Source of the DNA: Schmidtea polychroa
Taxonomy: Eukaryota
Assembly (NCBI GenBank): GCA_044892525.1
Contig: CM097886.1
Span: 162,428,312-162,492,311, forward strand
Length of the DNA: 64,000 nucleotides
Direction of reading: 5' to 3'
A program made the translations under genes and the position numbers. The notes under the pieces were generated by a model, which had not been told where the DNA came from, ran no database searches, and saw only the letters and a list, made by a program, of their open reading frames with translations. Below, in pieces: positions 29,343 to 42,809 of this stretch. Every line of letters starts with the position of its first letter. The first letter of the stretch is position 1.

Positions 29343-32300
29343 CAGGCGCGTACGCAGGATGAATCCATGGGGGGGGGGGGGGGGGGTTCAGAAGACATAT
29401 TTTGTATATGTATTTTTATTTTTTCACGTAATAGTTAGCACTATTTACCAAATTATATTCAAATTATATTTCACTTTATTTCAATATAAAAACAATTACC
29501 TATAGGTATATTTTTCTCTCAACTTTTTTATAGAAAATTGTAAAGAAAACTAAATAAAAATTTATTAAGAAATATGAATAATAATTATACATTATAAGAA
29601 AAATTAATAAAAGTTTTATTAGAAAAAAATATACATATTAAAAATTATATAAGAAAAATTAATAAAAAATTAAGCAAGAAAAATTAATAGAAAATTATAC
29701 ATATTATGAATATCTTTGTATAAGAAAACTCAATACATATATTAAAAATTATGTATTGTTTTCTTATAAAATAGAATAAAAATTGCATATTCAGCAAAAG
29801 AACTATTTTCTGAAAAAAATAAAAAGCGATATAAATTAAGACTGAAGTTCAAAGATTTTTCTATCCATAATTACCTAATCCAAGTGAATTTCTAATTTAC
29901 GTGAACTTTTTGCTAGTTCATCTAGAACTGCATCTGTAGAAATCGCAACATTACGATGAATATTAAGTAACGCTAATCCATTTAACCTATCTTCACTCAT
30001 TGTGTTGCGTAAATACGTTTTAAGTCGTCTCAATGTTTTAAAAAAAATTTTTTGGTGTATTCGAAGAATTTAAAACATGGCGCCACCATAGCTTCAGCTC
30101 ACCAATGTACTCAACTATGCTACAGTTTGTAATATTATTATATTTTTCTAAAAGGATTCTTGCAGAATTTTCGTGCTCTGATGAAAAGTTTTGTTCATTT
30201 GGCAAAAAACACATAAAACTTTGCAATATATTTTTATGTTTCAGAAACCGATCGTGAATTTGCATCTTTGTAGAATCCACAAAAGGAATGAAGATGGCAA
30301 TACGATAATATTCTTCAGGATTTTCAACTACAATGTTGCAGCAATGAACTTGTCTTCCGGTTAGACGAGGAATTCGTATTTCTACATTAAGTTCGTCACA
30401 TATTTTCTTGACGTCACTGAAAATGGTATTAAATTGCTTTTCTATTTCGCGTCGTGTTTCATCTAGCACCTCTTCAACATTTTCTGCCAGTCCCATTGTA
30501 GCGGCCAGATCAAGATTTATTGTTTGTAGTAATCGACTTAGCGGTAGGGTTATAACAAAAACCTTGGCAAGAACATGAAGCGATACTTGAAATTCTGTAC
30601 TCCTAATAACAGATAGAAGCTGAATTGCAGAAGAAGAAGTTGTTTTGTCATCCCATTCAGAAATAATTTCCATTGCAGAAATTGCAGCTTTTTGAAGCTC
30701 CATAAATACTAGGACGGACTCGTGGCGTTGAATCCATCGTGTGGAACATATTTGTTTTAGTCGCCTTGCTGTTGATTCAGATTCCATTTGGTCTATACAA
30801 TTTTTTAGCACGGCTTGGCGCTTTGGGGTGTTAAAAAATTGTACACACTTACGAGTGATTCTATACAATTTCGTATAAATGAAATTTCACAGGCATCAGA
30901 AATAGCGAGATTTAAACTATGAGATGCACAGTGTACATATAAAGCTAGCTTATTTTCATCACTAACATATTTTTGTGCCCCATGAAATCGTCCACTCATT
31001 GCTGAAGCTCCATCATAACCCTGTCCAATCATGAATTTTGAATCTATTTCTAGATTACGCATAGTCTGCATTAAAACATTTGCAAGACCCTTACCAGTCA
31101 CATCAGTAACAGGTACAAACTGTAAAAAATCTTCTCTGATGTTATTCGAATCAGAATCTACATAACGAAAGCATTATGAAAATTTTTCAATACCAGCTAT
31201 ATCACTAGTTTTGTCAGCCAAAATTGAAAATGATTTCGCACTATTTATTTTAGCAACAATTGAACGAACAACTATTATGTTGCATGCACTTATAATTTCG
31301 TTTTGAATTCTTAGACTCAAATAAGTTGCATTTTTTCCTGAGACCTCTAGATGATTTTTAAGTATTTCATCTCCACAATGGACTCTAAAACGTAAAAGTG
31401 CTCGAAAATCATTTTCCTCTGGATTATCAAGTGTTAAAGTGCCAGAGTCTCTATGTCCTCTTAAAGGCAAACCTTGACGACCGCAAAAAAGTATAGTCTC
31501 TATTATTGGAGTTAATCTACTCCGATTTTCTATTATTTGTTTTTTTAGACCGGAATCCAATGCCAACACTACAGGTTCCATTCTATGCTCGGAAATTGCT
31601 TTACGATTTTGTGCGTGAAGAACGGCTGTTTTGTGGTACTCAGTTTCTTGATGTTTGTTGAAATTTTCTATAGCATCTTTCCAGTTTGAGAAAGCAGTTT
31701 TGGCAAGTTTTCCTAGCTGTTGATGTCCGACACCACCATAATTCGCCGAAAATAATACACAATACTTACAGAAAGCACCATCCAAAGGTTTTGAGTATAC
31801 TAACCATTTCCACCTGCTAAACCAGCTGTATTGAAACTTTAAATTACGTTTTCCACTACCTGGGAATACAAATTTGTCGTCAGGATACAAAACGTTTTTC
31901 AACAAAAATAATCTTTTTTCATCGTCGTATTGGTCTTTTCCAATAAAATTACTAATATCATTGATAATTACATTTGAATCTGATCCTGATGGAGACTCAC
32001 ATTCACATCCACTTACTGAAGCTGTAGCACTATCATTTTCACTAGGAACAGGAGCAACCTGATCAGCTGTTCTTTCTAAATCACTTGTTTTAGATTTTTA
32101 AACAAAATAATTTGTTAAAGTAGAATTTTTTAATTCTTTACTCGTTTTTCATCTTCATAAAATATTATTTAGAATTAACAAATTTTAAAATTAACATTAA
32201 ACAGAAATTAGCCTTTCTCAACAGAAAACAAATTTTAAAATGAACAAGTTCAAGAGAAAACAAAAAACAAAGTAAATTGAACAAAGCAACACTACTCGTG

Positions 32301-32653
32301 TGAATTTTTTTTAAAAAATTTCGCCGAATTTTTTTTAAAAAAATACACGTTTAAAAATTTTAAAACGCGACTGTTTGGGTCCTGTAATTATTATTATTAG
32401 TAATAGAAAGNNNNNNNNNNNNNNNNNNNNNNNNNNNNNNNNNNNNNNNNNNNNNNNNNNNNNNNNNNNNNNNNNNNNNNNNNNNNNNNNNNNNNNNNNN
32501 NNNNNNNNNNNNNNNNNNNNNNNNNNNNNNNNNNNNNNNNNNNNNNNNNNNNNNNNNNNNNNNNNNNNNNNNNNNNNNNNNNNNNNNNNNNNNNNNNNNN
32601 NNCATGGGGGGGGGGGGGTTAAACCCTCAGGAACCCCCCTGCGTACGCGCATG
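29343..32653 (-). mobile_element. hAT DNA transposon with both ends intact
   Basis: 16-bp TIRs CAGGCGCGTACGCAGG (29343-29358) and CCTGCGTACGCGCATG (32638-32653), one mismatch. Perfect 8-bp TSD TCCGTATG at 29335-29342 and 32654-32661. Confidence 0.93.
29875..32151 (-). pseudogene. Frameshifted hAT transposase (TTF-type zinc finger / DUF4371, ZMYM1/THAP12-like; C-terminal dimerisation domain)
   Basis: Fragments contain RNLKFQYSWF..WLVYS..GAFCKYC, GLPLRGHRD, NFRALLRFR-like, ADKTSD, GQGYDGASAMSG, YVHCASHSLNL, TRWIQRHES and LRRLKTYLRNTMSEDRLNGLALLNIH. Part of the dimerisation domain is deleted; the 5' coordinate is approximate. Confidence 0.88.
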
Positions 32654-34363
32654 TCCGTATGTGACCGTTTATTTATTTTTTAAGATATTTTAATAACCCT
32701 TTATAATGTCAAATTATTTTTTATCCCTTTATTTTATATGAAAAAATAAATTCTTTTATTTTATTTATTTCCAATTTCTTTTAATTTTTATTTTCATTCT
32801 TTTGGCTTTTTCTTGTTAATATTTTCCCCTTTATTCTTATTCTGACAAACAAATATTTATTTTATTATTTGTTTATTTCAATAAAGTTGATGTCGCTTTT
32901 ATTTATTTTTTGAAATTTTGAAATATGACTTTAGTTTTATTATTTTTAGTCACACTTAATCTCTGAATATTAAATAACTCATAATTTTAATTTATTTCTA
33001 ATCTCAGAAAAACACGAAACACTATTTACACAACACAAAATTTCAAATGAAAATCCATTCTTATGAAGTGCGAAAGTAATGATTAAATGTTATTATAATC
33101 AACATGAGACTAACTTTATTCTTCAAATTCTAGAAAATACATTTTCAACGCATTTTGTTATTTACTTGTCGTAGCCCATGGACATCTGCCACACATTATA
33201 AGTTTAAAATTTTAATAAAGCCTTTCAAACACAACAATGCATTTCATCTATTTAAACAAGTATTTTTTTCAAAATGTAAATTTAATTATTTTTACTTTTA
33301 TTTCAACATTATTACTAAAGACACAGAATTTGACATATGTTGAAATTTTGATAAGATAACGACCAATATATAAAGCAAACGAAAATTTATAATACGATAG
33401 AAGTCTGGTTGCTAGATTATTCTCATCACTACGCACATTTCTTTCTAGTTTATTACACCTGAAATAAGAAAAGTTGTTTTTATAACACATATCACTATTC
33501 CATCGCGACAGCGTGAATTAAAAATCCCTAGTGAATAACCATAGTTTAAAATACAAATTAAAAATATTAAATAATCATGTGTATCATTTCAAAGAAAACA
33601 AAATCATAGAAAGAATTATGAACCAATAATCATTCGAAGTAATTGAAATCTATCAAAAAATTATATAAATTAAAACAAAAAATTATTTTGAAATTCAATT
33701 TGTTTGTTTTATTTATTGAAATTTATATGTTTAAAATGCGAGACAAAATAAATCTAATTTGAAAATGAAGAATAAAAAATAATAACTGTTTTAATTTAGA
33801 AACCGTTGATTTCAGTGATTAATATTTAGTATTTAGCAAACTAACAAAATTTATTTAAAACATTTATTCAAAAATTGTTTCAAAAAATCCACTTATCCTA
33901 ATTTTTAATTCTGGCAATTTAAATATAAAGTAAAAACAAAATAATTTACATTATTCGTAAAAAATTATTGCAAATGTTGGTTTTCAACATTTGTTCGGGG
34001 AAACTTTTATCTTGTCTATATCATGGAATTTAATATTTTTTGAAAATTTCAATTTTTAAGTCGCCCTTACAGTATGAAATGATTTTGAACATATTTTAAT
34101 AAATTATAATTTACAATGAGTACCATTTGAATCATTTCAATGATGAATAGGAACTTTTTCATGCAACAGCTATAAATATAATAAAAAAATATAAAGAAAT
34201 ATTTTACAACCGTGTCCCGGATTTACACGGTACGTTTTTTACACGATTTAGTTTTTAAGAATCTTCATAATTGTGTCGTGTTATTTGTTTAAATATTTAT
34301 AATAGCTGTCTGGTTGTGTTTATTCTGTAAGTTAAATTTTTATAAATTCTTTAATAACTTTGT

Positions 34364-34447
34364 ATTTATTAAAAAAGCTTGACTATAAATCAGTAAAGAT
34401 ATTGCTGTTTTTTTAATATTCACAAATTTTCGGCACTGACTTTTTCA
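34364..34447. repeat. Single arm of the foldback repeat family at 37889-38079
   Basis: ATTTATTAAAAAAGCTTGACTATAAATCAG...AAATTTTCGGCACTGACTTTTTCA aligns by eye to the foldback arms. Confidence 0.65.
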
Positions 34448-36257
34448 AGTGATCTATTTATTTTGAAACTATAGGGAAAAAATAAATTTATTTTGTATTT
34501 TATATTAAATTTAATTATAATTAAATTTTTTAATTACATTTTAACTGATATTAAGATTTTATATATTTCTTATATCATTATTTTTATTTTTTAATTTAAA
34601 TTTTAGCAAGTTTTTTTTTAAATTAATGTCTCTATTTATCTTAATTGTGGATAAATAATTTTATAGATTATTATGAATAATTGAAAAATTCACAAAACTG
34701 TTGCTAGCTTTTAATTACTAGATTAATTATAATATCCGCATCAAAGTAAAATGTTCGAGTGTGCAAGAAGTTGGGACCTCTTGTATTTGGGCCGTTACGC
34801 GATAGTATAACTTGCTTTTCGATATTTACGCCAATCAGAATAAAATGTTTTCCAAAAGACTACCAATAGAATTCTAACTAAAACAATTGCTTATCTAAGC
34901 ATAAACCTTTTTCTAGAATTAACTGTAATAATTTAACTTTTGTTTTTCTTATAATATGATATAAATTATTTGAATTTATCAGTACCAGCTTTAAACTTTC
35001 TCGCAATTTTTATAAAATTAGTTCAATAAATTAAAATTAAAATGTTATACGAAGTAAAGAATCCCTATTCTTTGGAAGTAGTTTGCAATACCAATAAAAC
35101 CCAATAATAATAAAATAATATTCGATTTGAATTAAATCCGTAGCTAATTAAATTAATTTGTGTCGCGTTGGCAAAGTCAACGTCATCGTGTATGTAAAAG
35201 GTAATATTATCTAATTCGCTGTAAGAATAAATTCATAACAAATTTTTGTTGGGGTTCGTCTAGAGTGGCGCAAAAGAAATTCGGATGTACAAATCGATAA
35301 AATGCCAAAATTTATAAAGATTAATTAAAAATTTTGAAAAATTAAAAGTTGACGTATTTCGATGGAAACAAGAATGTTCGAATAACAAATAATGAGACAA
35401 AAACCAAATATAAAATCATTGGGGCAGAAAAGATATTCAAAAAATACAAATTAATTAAAAATAAAGAAATAATTTATTAACTATTTGGGAAGCCCAAGCA
35501 ATAAATGATAAAATAATGAGATTAGTCCTTCCTTAAAAATCAATAAAGAGATTAAGTTTTCAATATGAAATTAGCTGAACAAGCAGAGAGGCGAGAGGTC
35601 ACCTACCAAATTGCCTTGTTTTCGATAGGATATAGTTCATTTAATTGGTTTGTTGTTATTTTTTTGCGAAAGTTTGGAGAAAATGCAGGGACAATAGTGG
35701 TCAATGGCTAGTTGATCGAAGAAAAAGGTTAGAGAAAATTATTCACAGACTCATCAAAAAGAAAAGGATGAACTTATAGTTAGTCAATCAAACCAATTAA
35801 AAGTATACCAGAAAATTCGATTTTCCTTTCAAAAGATCTTCTTAAAAAATCTTTCCTCATCACCAGAATATTTTTGACAGTAAAGTAATTCCATGGCAAA
35901 ATATTTCCAACTGGTGCCTCCATAGCAAGTTCCAGATCATTAGCAGTGCCACCAGAACACTTTCATCCAAATTTAACAATTCAATGATGCTATTTGTAAA
36001 ATTAATTCGATTCACTCAATTATTGAATGGAAATTCTGCAAATGAAATAATTTGCACTCATGTTGCAATGTTTTGACTATCATCAATGGAAATTTTTATT
36101 GGTTACAATAATAAATTTTAAATTTATAATGTTGTAGTAATAATAACATTTATAGACGCATGAAATAATAAATTTTAAAAATTAATAATAGTAATAATTT
36201 ATATAATATTATAAGAACTTTTTTTTCAAATTTCACCACTGATTTCTATTCCATTGT

Positions 36258-36340
36258 ATTTATTAAGAAAGCTTGACTATGAATCAGTAGATATATTAAA
36301 AACATCGATATATTTACTGATTCAAGCTTTCTTAATAAAT
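36258..36340. repeat. Shortened foldback element with 19-bp perfect terminal inverted repeats
   Basis: ATTTATTAAGAAAGCTTGA ... TCAAGCTTTCTTAATAAAT; shares ~50 bp of upstream flank with the 37889 copy. Confidence 0.75.
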
Positions 36341-37383
36341 TTATATAACACAATTTAAAAATGTTTTTTTATATTTGCTTAACCACTGAACTGTACCAAA
36401 AATGTGTTGTTTAAATTTGCTGTAGAAAGCTTAAAAGTTGCATCTAAAGTATTTGAAAATCAAATAAATTTTATGTGGGCAATATTCTGCAGGTGATATT
36501 AAATATATTATTGAAATGATTCTAAACAAATGGTCTGCCGTTTAATGAGATTTGACAGGTTTCTTTTAATTTTTGACGGCTTATGCTTTGACAATAAAAT
36601 TTCGACAACTTTCACTTGTTCATGATATAATCCAGCTGCTGGGATAGCTGATGGGAAATATCATTATTTGATAATTGCTGCGTTTTGTATTTAATCGAAA
36701 TTCGTTTATTTCGATGCTTTCATAAATCTGGGATAAATGTGATATCGATGAAAATAGATTCGATACAATTTAACCATTTCTAATAAATAGTTAGGGGGCA
36801 CTGATTGTAATTGAATATGAACAGAAAGCTGAATTCTTAACAGTCAACTATTCACAAGTAATGATGTAACCTCATTGAAAACAAAGTAACAATTTCAAGC
36901 TAATTTGTTAAGTAGATTCTTGCCACAGTTGCCTAAAGTGAGGCACTTCATTTTCATAGGAAAATGACAAACTGTATAAAACGATCTCTTTATATGAAAT
37001 CAATTCCAGATTATTTGATTATTTGTCACATTGGTTAAATATATTTNNNNNNNNNNNNNNNNNNNNNNNNNNNNNNNNNNNNNNNNNNNNNNNNNNNNNN
37101 NNNNNNNNNNNNNNNNNNNNNNNNNNNNNNNNNNNNNNNNNNNNNNNNNNNNNNNNNNNNNNNNNNNNNNNNNNNNNNNNNNNNNNNNNNNNNNNTAATA
37201 TTACACTATTAATAAATGATAAAATAAGCCTTTGCGGAAAATTTTATTGAGTTCGAACTTTTAATTGAAAAATAATCTTATTCATAATTGAAAATTCTAA
37301 CCCAATAAAACTTTTAGCAAAGGCTTACATTGTCATTTAATAATTGTTTAATATTTAATTTTAATAGCTACAAAAAATATTTT

Positions 37384-37385
<2 letters not shown>

Positions 37386-37450
<65 letters not shown>

Positions 37451-37463
37451 TAATAATAATAAT
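37386..37463. repeat. (AAT)n microsatellite
   Basis: About 26 AAT units with one AAA interruption. Confidence 0.95.
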
Positions 37464-37888
37464 ATCGAATAGCCAAAACTTTTTCATAAAAATACAAAAG
37501 TGAAATATATTTCAACGATATGACCGTTATTTTCAGTTATCGATATTAAATCATTCTTAATTTTATAAAAGGATTATGATTCCATAACTCAAATAAATAT
37601 CATCAAATAATTTGTCATTGAGTGAATATTTATCGAAAGAAATTGGCACTTAATCATCAAAATATTTTTCAATAATTATCAAAATTTTTAGGTTTTTTAT
37701 TATTTATAATACAAGTTTAATTATATTGAATATTATTATTCAATTAATATTATCTGTATTTATTGAGACTTATTTTTGGAAATAGTTGAATATTGAACAT
37801 GAACATGAAATGTGCACAAATTAAATATAAGCTTATTATAAGAACTTTTTTTTTCTTCCAATTTCACCACTGATTATTTTTTCCATTG

Positions 37889-38079
37889 AATTTATTAAAA
37901 AGAGAGTTTGAAGACTATAAATCAATAATACATCGATGTTTGTTGATACTCACGAATTTTCGTCACTGCCTTTTTCAATGAAAATTCACCTGAAAAAGGC
38001 AGTGCCGAAAATTCGTGAGTATCAACAAACATCGATATATTGCTGATTTATAGTCTTCAAACTCTCTTTTTAATAAATT
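37889..38079. repeat. Foldback/MITE-like palindrome: 89-bp arms and a 13-nt loop
   Basis: Arms 37889-37977 and 37991-38079 are reverse complements with only a few mismatches. Confidence 0.9.
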
Positions 38080-38206
38080 AAATATAAACTGTTTATTTTT
38101 AATAATATAGCCCTTGTTTAAAAAAATCTTTACAAAATTAATTTAGTTAGGTAATAACATATCAAATAAGATTTCTAAATATATCGTAACAATATTTTAC
38201 TCTTAA

Positions 38207-38455
38207 TTAATTACAAAAAAATAAAGACCATTGCAGGTAATTTGGAAATATAAGTATAATATTATCGAATGACATAGTTTTTTCCATTTCGCTTTCCATA
38301 GATAAAATTGAAAAATATGAAAATATCTCTTGAAACATAGTTGATCTCAAATAGATTTTTATACTTTTTAATTGGGAAAAGCGATATTTCTGCTGGCACA
38401 AAAGTTCATTGCAAAGTTCATTAAATTTTAAGGCTGTTGTTAAGTTACGATACAT
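38207..38455 (-). pseudogene. hAT transposase C-terminal relic
   Basis: FSQLKSIKIYLRSTMFQEIFSYFSILSMESE resembles the hAT dimerisation consensus (FSxLKxIKTYLRSTMxQxRLxxLxILSIE). Confidence 0.6.
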
Positions 38456-40843
38456 TTCAGGAATATTATTGGAATAACGGAGTCTAGTTGATCAAGAACG
38501 ATGTTTGATAAGAAGACATTTTGATAAATTTTTCGGGATATTCATTCTAGAGAGAGAGTAATTTGAAGTTTTGTAATATTTTGTATTTTGTATCATTGCA
38601 ATTGGAGAATATGACCACTGTGCAGATTATAAGTATTTGTGAAACTTAGCATGATATTTAGAACTGAGATTTTACCTTAGGAGTTGAGTAGTTTGAGAGT
38701 GAATTATATATTGATGGCAATAAAGTCTGCGTGTGATAAAATAAGATTGATAGGAATTGTGGAGATTTGGAATATTTTGTCAATGTATCTTTTCCAGAGA
38801 AAGAAAGACTTATTTTTCGACTCTACAGAGATAATTTAGAAGATACCTAAATGGATGAAAAATTGTTACCCTCTGGTTTTAAAAGATTTAAATGTTTCAA
38901 TGATGTCCTTTTAATTAATACAGGGACGAGTTCACTGCTGATTAAAGAAAAACTATTCAGTCTGGTTTATATAAGTAAGTGAAGAACAATTACATCATTA
39001 AGAGTTTCAAAGAAAGAAGATGTAATTCTATAGACATTATGTTACATGTCACGAAGATAGATCAGTAAGGATTAGAAACAAGAAAAGTCTTAGAAATATT
39101 TGTGTCAGAACCTATTAAAAAGATAAGCTTGTGAATTCTGAAAATGATTTGGGTTGTATTGATAAGGAACATGGATTAAGAGAGGTTTGATAACTTTGGA
39201 TATTTTTGAGAAGTTGATAGAATAAAAGTCAACTGCAGATACAATAGGTCTTGTTGAGAAAAGAGTTTTTGGTCTTCATGTAATATTGTCATATTGTTGA
39301 CTTACTCAATTGTATTTTAAAAGTAAGCCTTTAATTCATCTCAAAAATTTTGCTAATAGTTCTTTTCCAAATTTATAGTATATGCCTCAGAAGATAGAAC
39401 AAATGCTTTTCGTTTTTACCTTTTTTGAATACTATGCTGACAGATTTGTATAGTATTGCACTTTGGAGTACAAAATTACGCACGCATACATTTCTTTTGA
39501 TATAACATATTGTATTGTGATTTGCATGGCAATGCAATCTTGATTGACGATTATGCCAATTTTACCCATGTTTTGGTTTCATAAGGTGATGTGGTCAGAA
39601 ATCAAAGAAACCTATCTAGTTAATTTCTGTCCATATCTAAGCGACTGATTTACTAGATCTTAAGAATAAATATATGGATTTCATAATTCATATATTGTAC
39701 CTAAAGGTTTAATCAGACAGTACTTCAGAAAAATCTACAGTATTTATCTTTTTGTTTCATCTTTGATCTTATTTTTAATTCAATAATTTTCATATTAATT
39801 TTTGATTACAAATATTAATATTAAAAAGAACTGACTAAAAATACTTCATAAATAGTATATTAAATTCTTAATATTAATAGATATAAAAATTCCTTCTAAC
39901 CTTGAAGATTAACTAAGACGATGCAAATTCAATGAAACAAACTATCCTTCCTAGTAAACATTTGGCTGAAATGGTAGACAGGTGAGCAGGAAAATAGTTG
40001 ATAAAATCGAGAAAGTGAAAATACCAAAAATATCCACAGCAGTCAGGATAATTTCTTAGAATAACATTTAATTATTTTTTTTAATAGCTTTGTTAATCTA
40101 AAAGAATTCAGATTCATGTGTTTCAATTTAATGAACCTCGAGTGATCTGTTGAGCTAGAACGGACTGGCTTTGAAATTATTTGATTAAGATGAAAATTAA
40201 ATACACAAGAAGCGTATTAAATACCGCAAGAAGATGAAAAATTAGTCATTTTCAAAGCTAAAAATATCAAATACCAATTAAGATTAAAAAGAAAGTTTGA
40301 AAACTATAATTTGTTTAAATACATCAAATTTATTACAATATTCAATGTTTCCTCTAATTTTTTTTGCCTCGTCGTGAATAACAAAGATTAAGCGTTGTGT
40401 GGAATAAAAAGAAACTAAAACTTCAATTTATTTCAAATAAAAATAATCATGTACAAATAGTTCCTATTTAAGCATTGAAATAATTCTGAGCGCTAAAGTT
40501 TCCACAACTACCATGATTGATAAATTAGTTCGAAATTAACTTCCAGTCTAGAACATTAATAAGATTTTATTCTAATTATCTGACCAGCTTTGAGATGGTT
40601 CCGAGATTTTGTCTTAATGGCATTCAGAAGACTAAAACTGCATTAACAGTGTTTTTTTAAAATTATTTTTCACATAAAATAAAACTTTTAAGAAATCATA
40701 TTTATTTAGAAAACACATATCTGTTTATGCTTCATTATATTGATTAAATATAATACATTATTTGTAATTCATTATAACATATTTAACACATTTAACTTAT
40801 GTAATACATTAAAAAAATAAAATTAAAAATAAATTATTATGTC

Positions 40844-42130
40844 TTATTTTTTATTATTATAAAATGCTCGGATTAAGCATACATGGTTTATCGATTGATC
40901 AGATAAAGGTGATCGTACTTTTGTTACTAAATGTGAGGCTGAAGAAAATGATTTCTCCGACTCAACACTTGTTGGTCGAATGGTTTTTAAGTAACCGTAA
41001 GTTATATTTAAATATTTCCCTTTCATTTTTTTCCTGACTCATAATAGTTTATTTCCGCTTCTACAATCGATAGTAAATCCTTTTTTAGATTTCTTTGACG
41101 GATTTTGTAATTTATAATTCTGATTAGTCTTTTTTAATATTATATCTAATTTTTCTTTAAAATTTAATAATATATCTCCAGATTCGTTATTGAATAAAAT
41201 AAATAATCTATTTAAAAACCGGTTGTTAAATTAAACGAAATTAACACTCTGGTCGCAAAACTTGAAACGTTTTGCACGCAGTTAATAGACGATAAAAATA
41301 ACAACGCACCAACCTTTTCATTAGTATCTTTGAAGAATTGATGACATCTGTGAAGCTTTACAATTTTTACTGTTGTGTTTAACAATTATTTTAGATAGCT
41401 TTCATTCCATAAGTATTTTTGGATATCTTCTGTCACATGTAAACACATACATTCAACAAATCATAGAATGAAAGCCATAATTTGTCATTGAAATTCCTGA
41501 ACTTTGATATTTCAGTGCTCTGTTTCCCCAAAAATTGTACACGTAACTTTAAAATTCAGACTTAAGCGAATTTAAAAACTTAAAATAATCTCTAATTATT
41601 TAATTGCAAAATTCAGTTCAATTCGGCTTTCTCAATCAACCATATTATCAAAAAACCACTAGTACAATTTGTCAAATTCCAGAGGCAGTAATTGAGGACT
41701 TTATAGTTATGTCATTGAAAATGTTTTTAAAGTATTCAACCTAAACTGGAACGTACCGTGTAAATTCACTCTTGACAAAATGACTAGAAAATCAAAGTAC
41801 TTCATTCAGAAATCTTAACGCAAAAGAGTCAGTCAAAAACTGCTGCCTCTCTTCAAACACTGTTTTTCACAGATGATCTACTAAACAGCGTATATACGAT
41901 TCCAAACAAGTTCTCAGTGTGCTGCATTGTTAAAGTTTTCTGAGCAAAGTAATTCATTTTTCAAATGTTACAATATTTACTAGTTGTAAATTTCGCCAGC
42001 TTGTTTAGAAACTGACAAATGAAATCATCAATATTTCTACACTAAATGAAGATATTTTCCAGTTTCATCGGTCTTCTTTCTGCTGACATCCGAAATTCTC
42101 TCTACTAACTCAGTTTTAAACTTTCGTTTG
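40844..42130 (-). pseudogene. Highly decayed hAT transposase
   Basis: YLKTIRPTSVESEKSFSSASHLVTKVRSPLSDQSINHVCLIRAFY is an hAT C-terminal domain. The upstream extent is approximate. Confidence 0.65.
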
Positions 42131-42143
42131 CAACATTGTTTAA

Positions 42144-42809
42144 CACGTTGACTGCCACGCGTGTTTACAACAAAATCCCCGTCAGGCCACCGGCGCCACT
42201 GTAAGATGCGTGCTCTGCTACCGCATGTCTGTTTACATTTCTACTTCTACTGAACTTCTACTGGGGACGTCAATTGTAAACGCTTTGGTCGTTTACAAAA
42301 TTGCGACAAAGAAAACTGTAAATATTAGACGATTCAGAGAACTGATTGCTGCAAAGTTACTAGGACTGAGTGAAGATTTAACACTGCCTTCTGTTCGACG
42401 AAATACGCATTGCATCGCCGTTCGCAGAAATAATTTGGGGAAAAGCCTTAGACGCGCATGCAAGCGGTGTTACGCAAATAAAAGAGAAGAACTGGAACGA
42501 TCAAAGGCACGAGCAAATCTCAGAAAACCCACTACTTTTTGTCCAAGCTGCCCTGGTCAACCGCAACTTTGCAGTGAATGCTTCAATATTTTGCACTGTA
42601 AATAATTTTGTTAATAAACGATTTTTAAAAAAATTCAACAGTATTATTATCTCCTGTCATATATTTATCTAAATATGTTCGGAAATCCTTTGGAAGGAGT
42701 CACCCGATGTGGCCTGATGAGAACTCTTGCTGTCACCCGAATACGGGTGACGTGGCCTGATGAGAACTTTTGCTGTCACCCGAATACGGGTGACACGGCA
42801 GTTAACGTG
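42144..42809 (+). mobile_element. Internally deleted (non-autonomous) piggyBac element
   Basis: TTAA on both sides (42140-42143, 42810-42813); TIRs CACGTTGACTGCC and GGCAGTTAACGTG; retains the 3' end of a piggyBac transposase. Confidence 0.88.
42210..42605 (+). pseudogene. piggyBac transposase C-terminal fragment with cysteine-rich domain
   Basis: ELLLGTSIVNALVVY...FRELIAAKLL...CKRCY...TTFCPSCPGQPQLCSECFNILH. Confidence 0.8.

Noticed and set aside
32335-32683. ORFs spanning N runs (also 37023-37250, 44038-44370, 61698-62328)
   Set aside because: Artefacts of assembly gaps and trinucleotide repeats.
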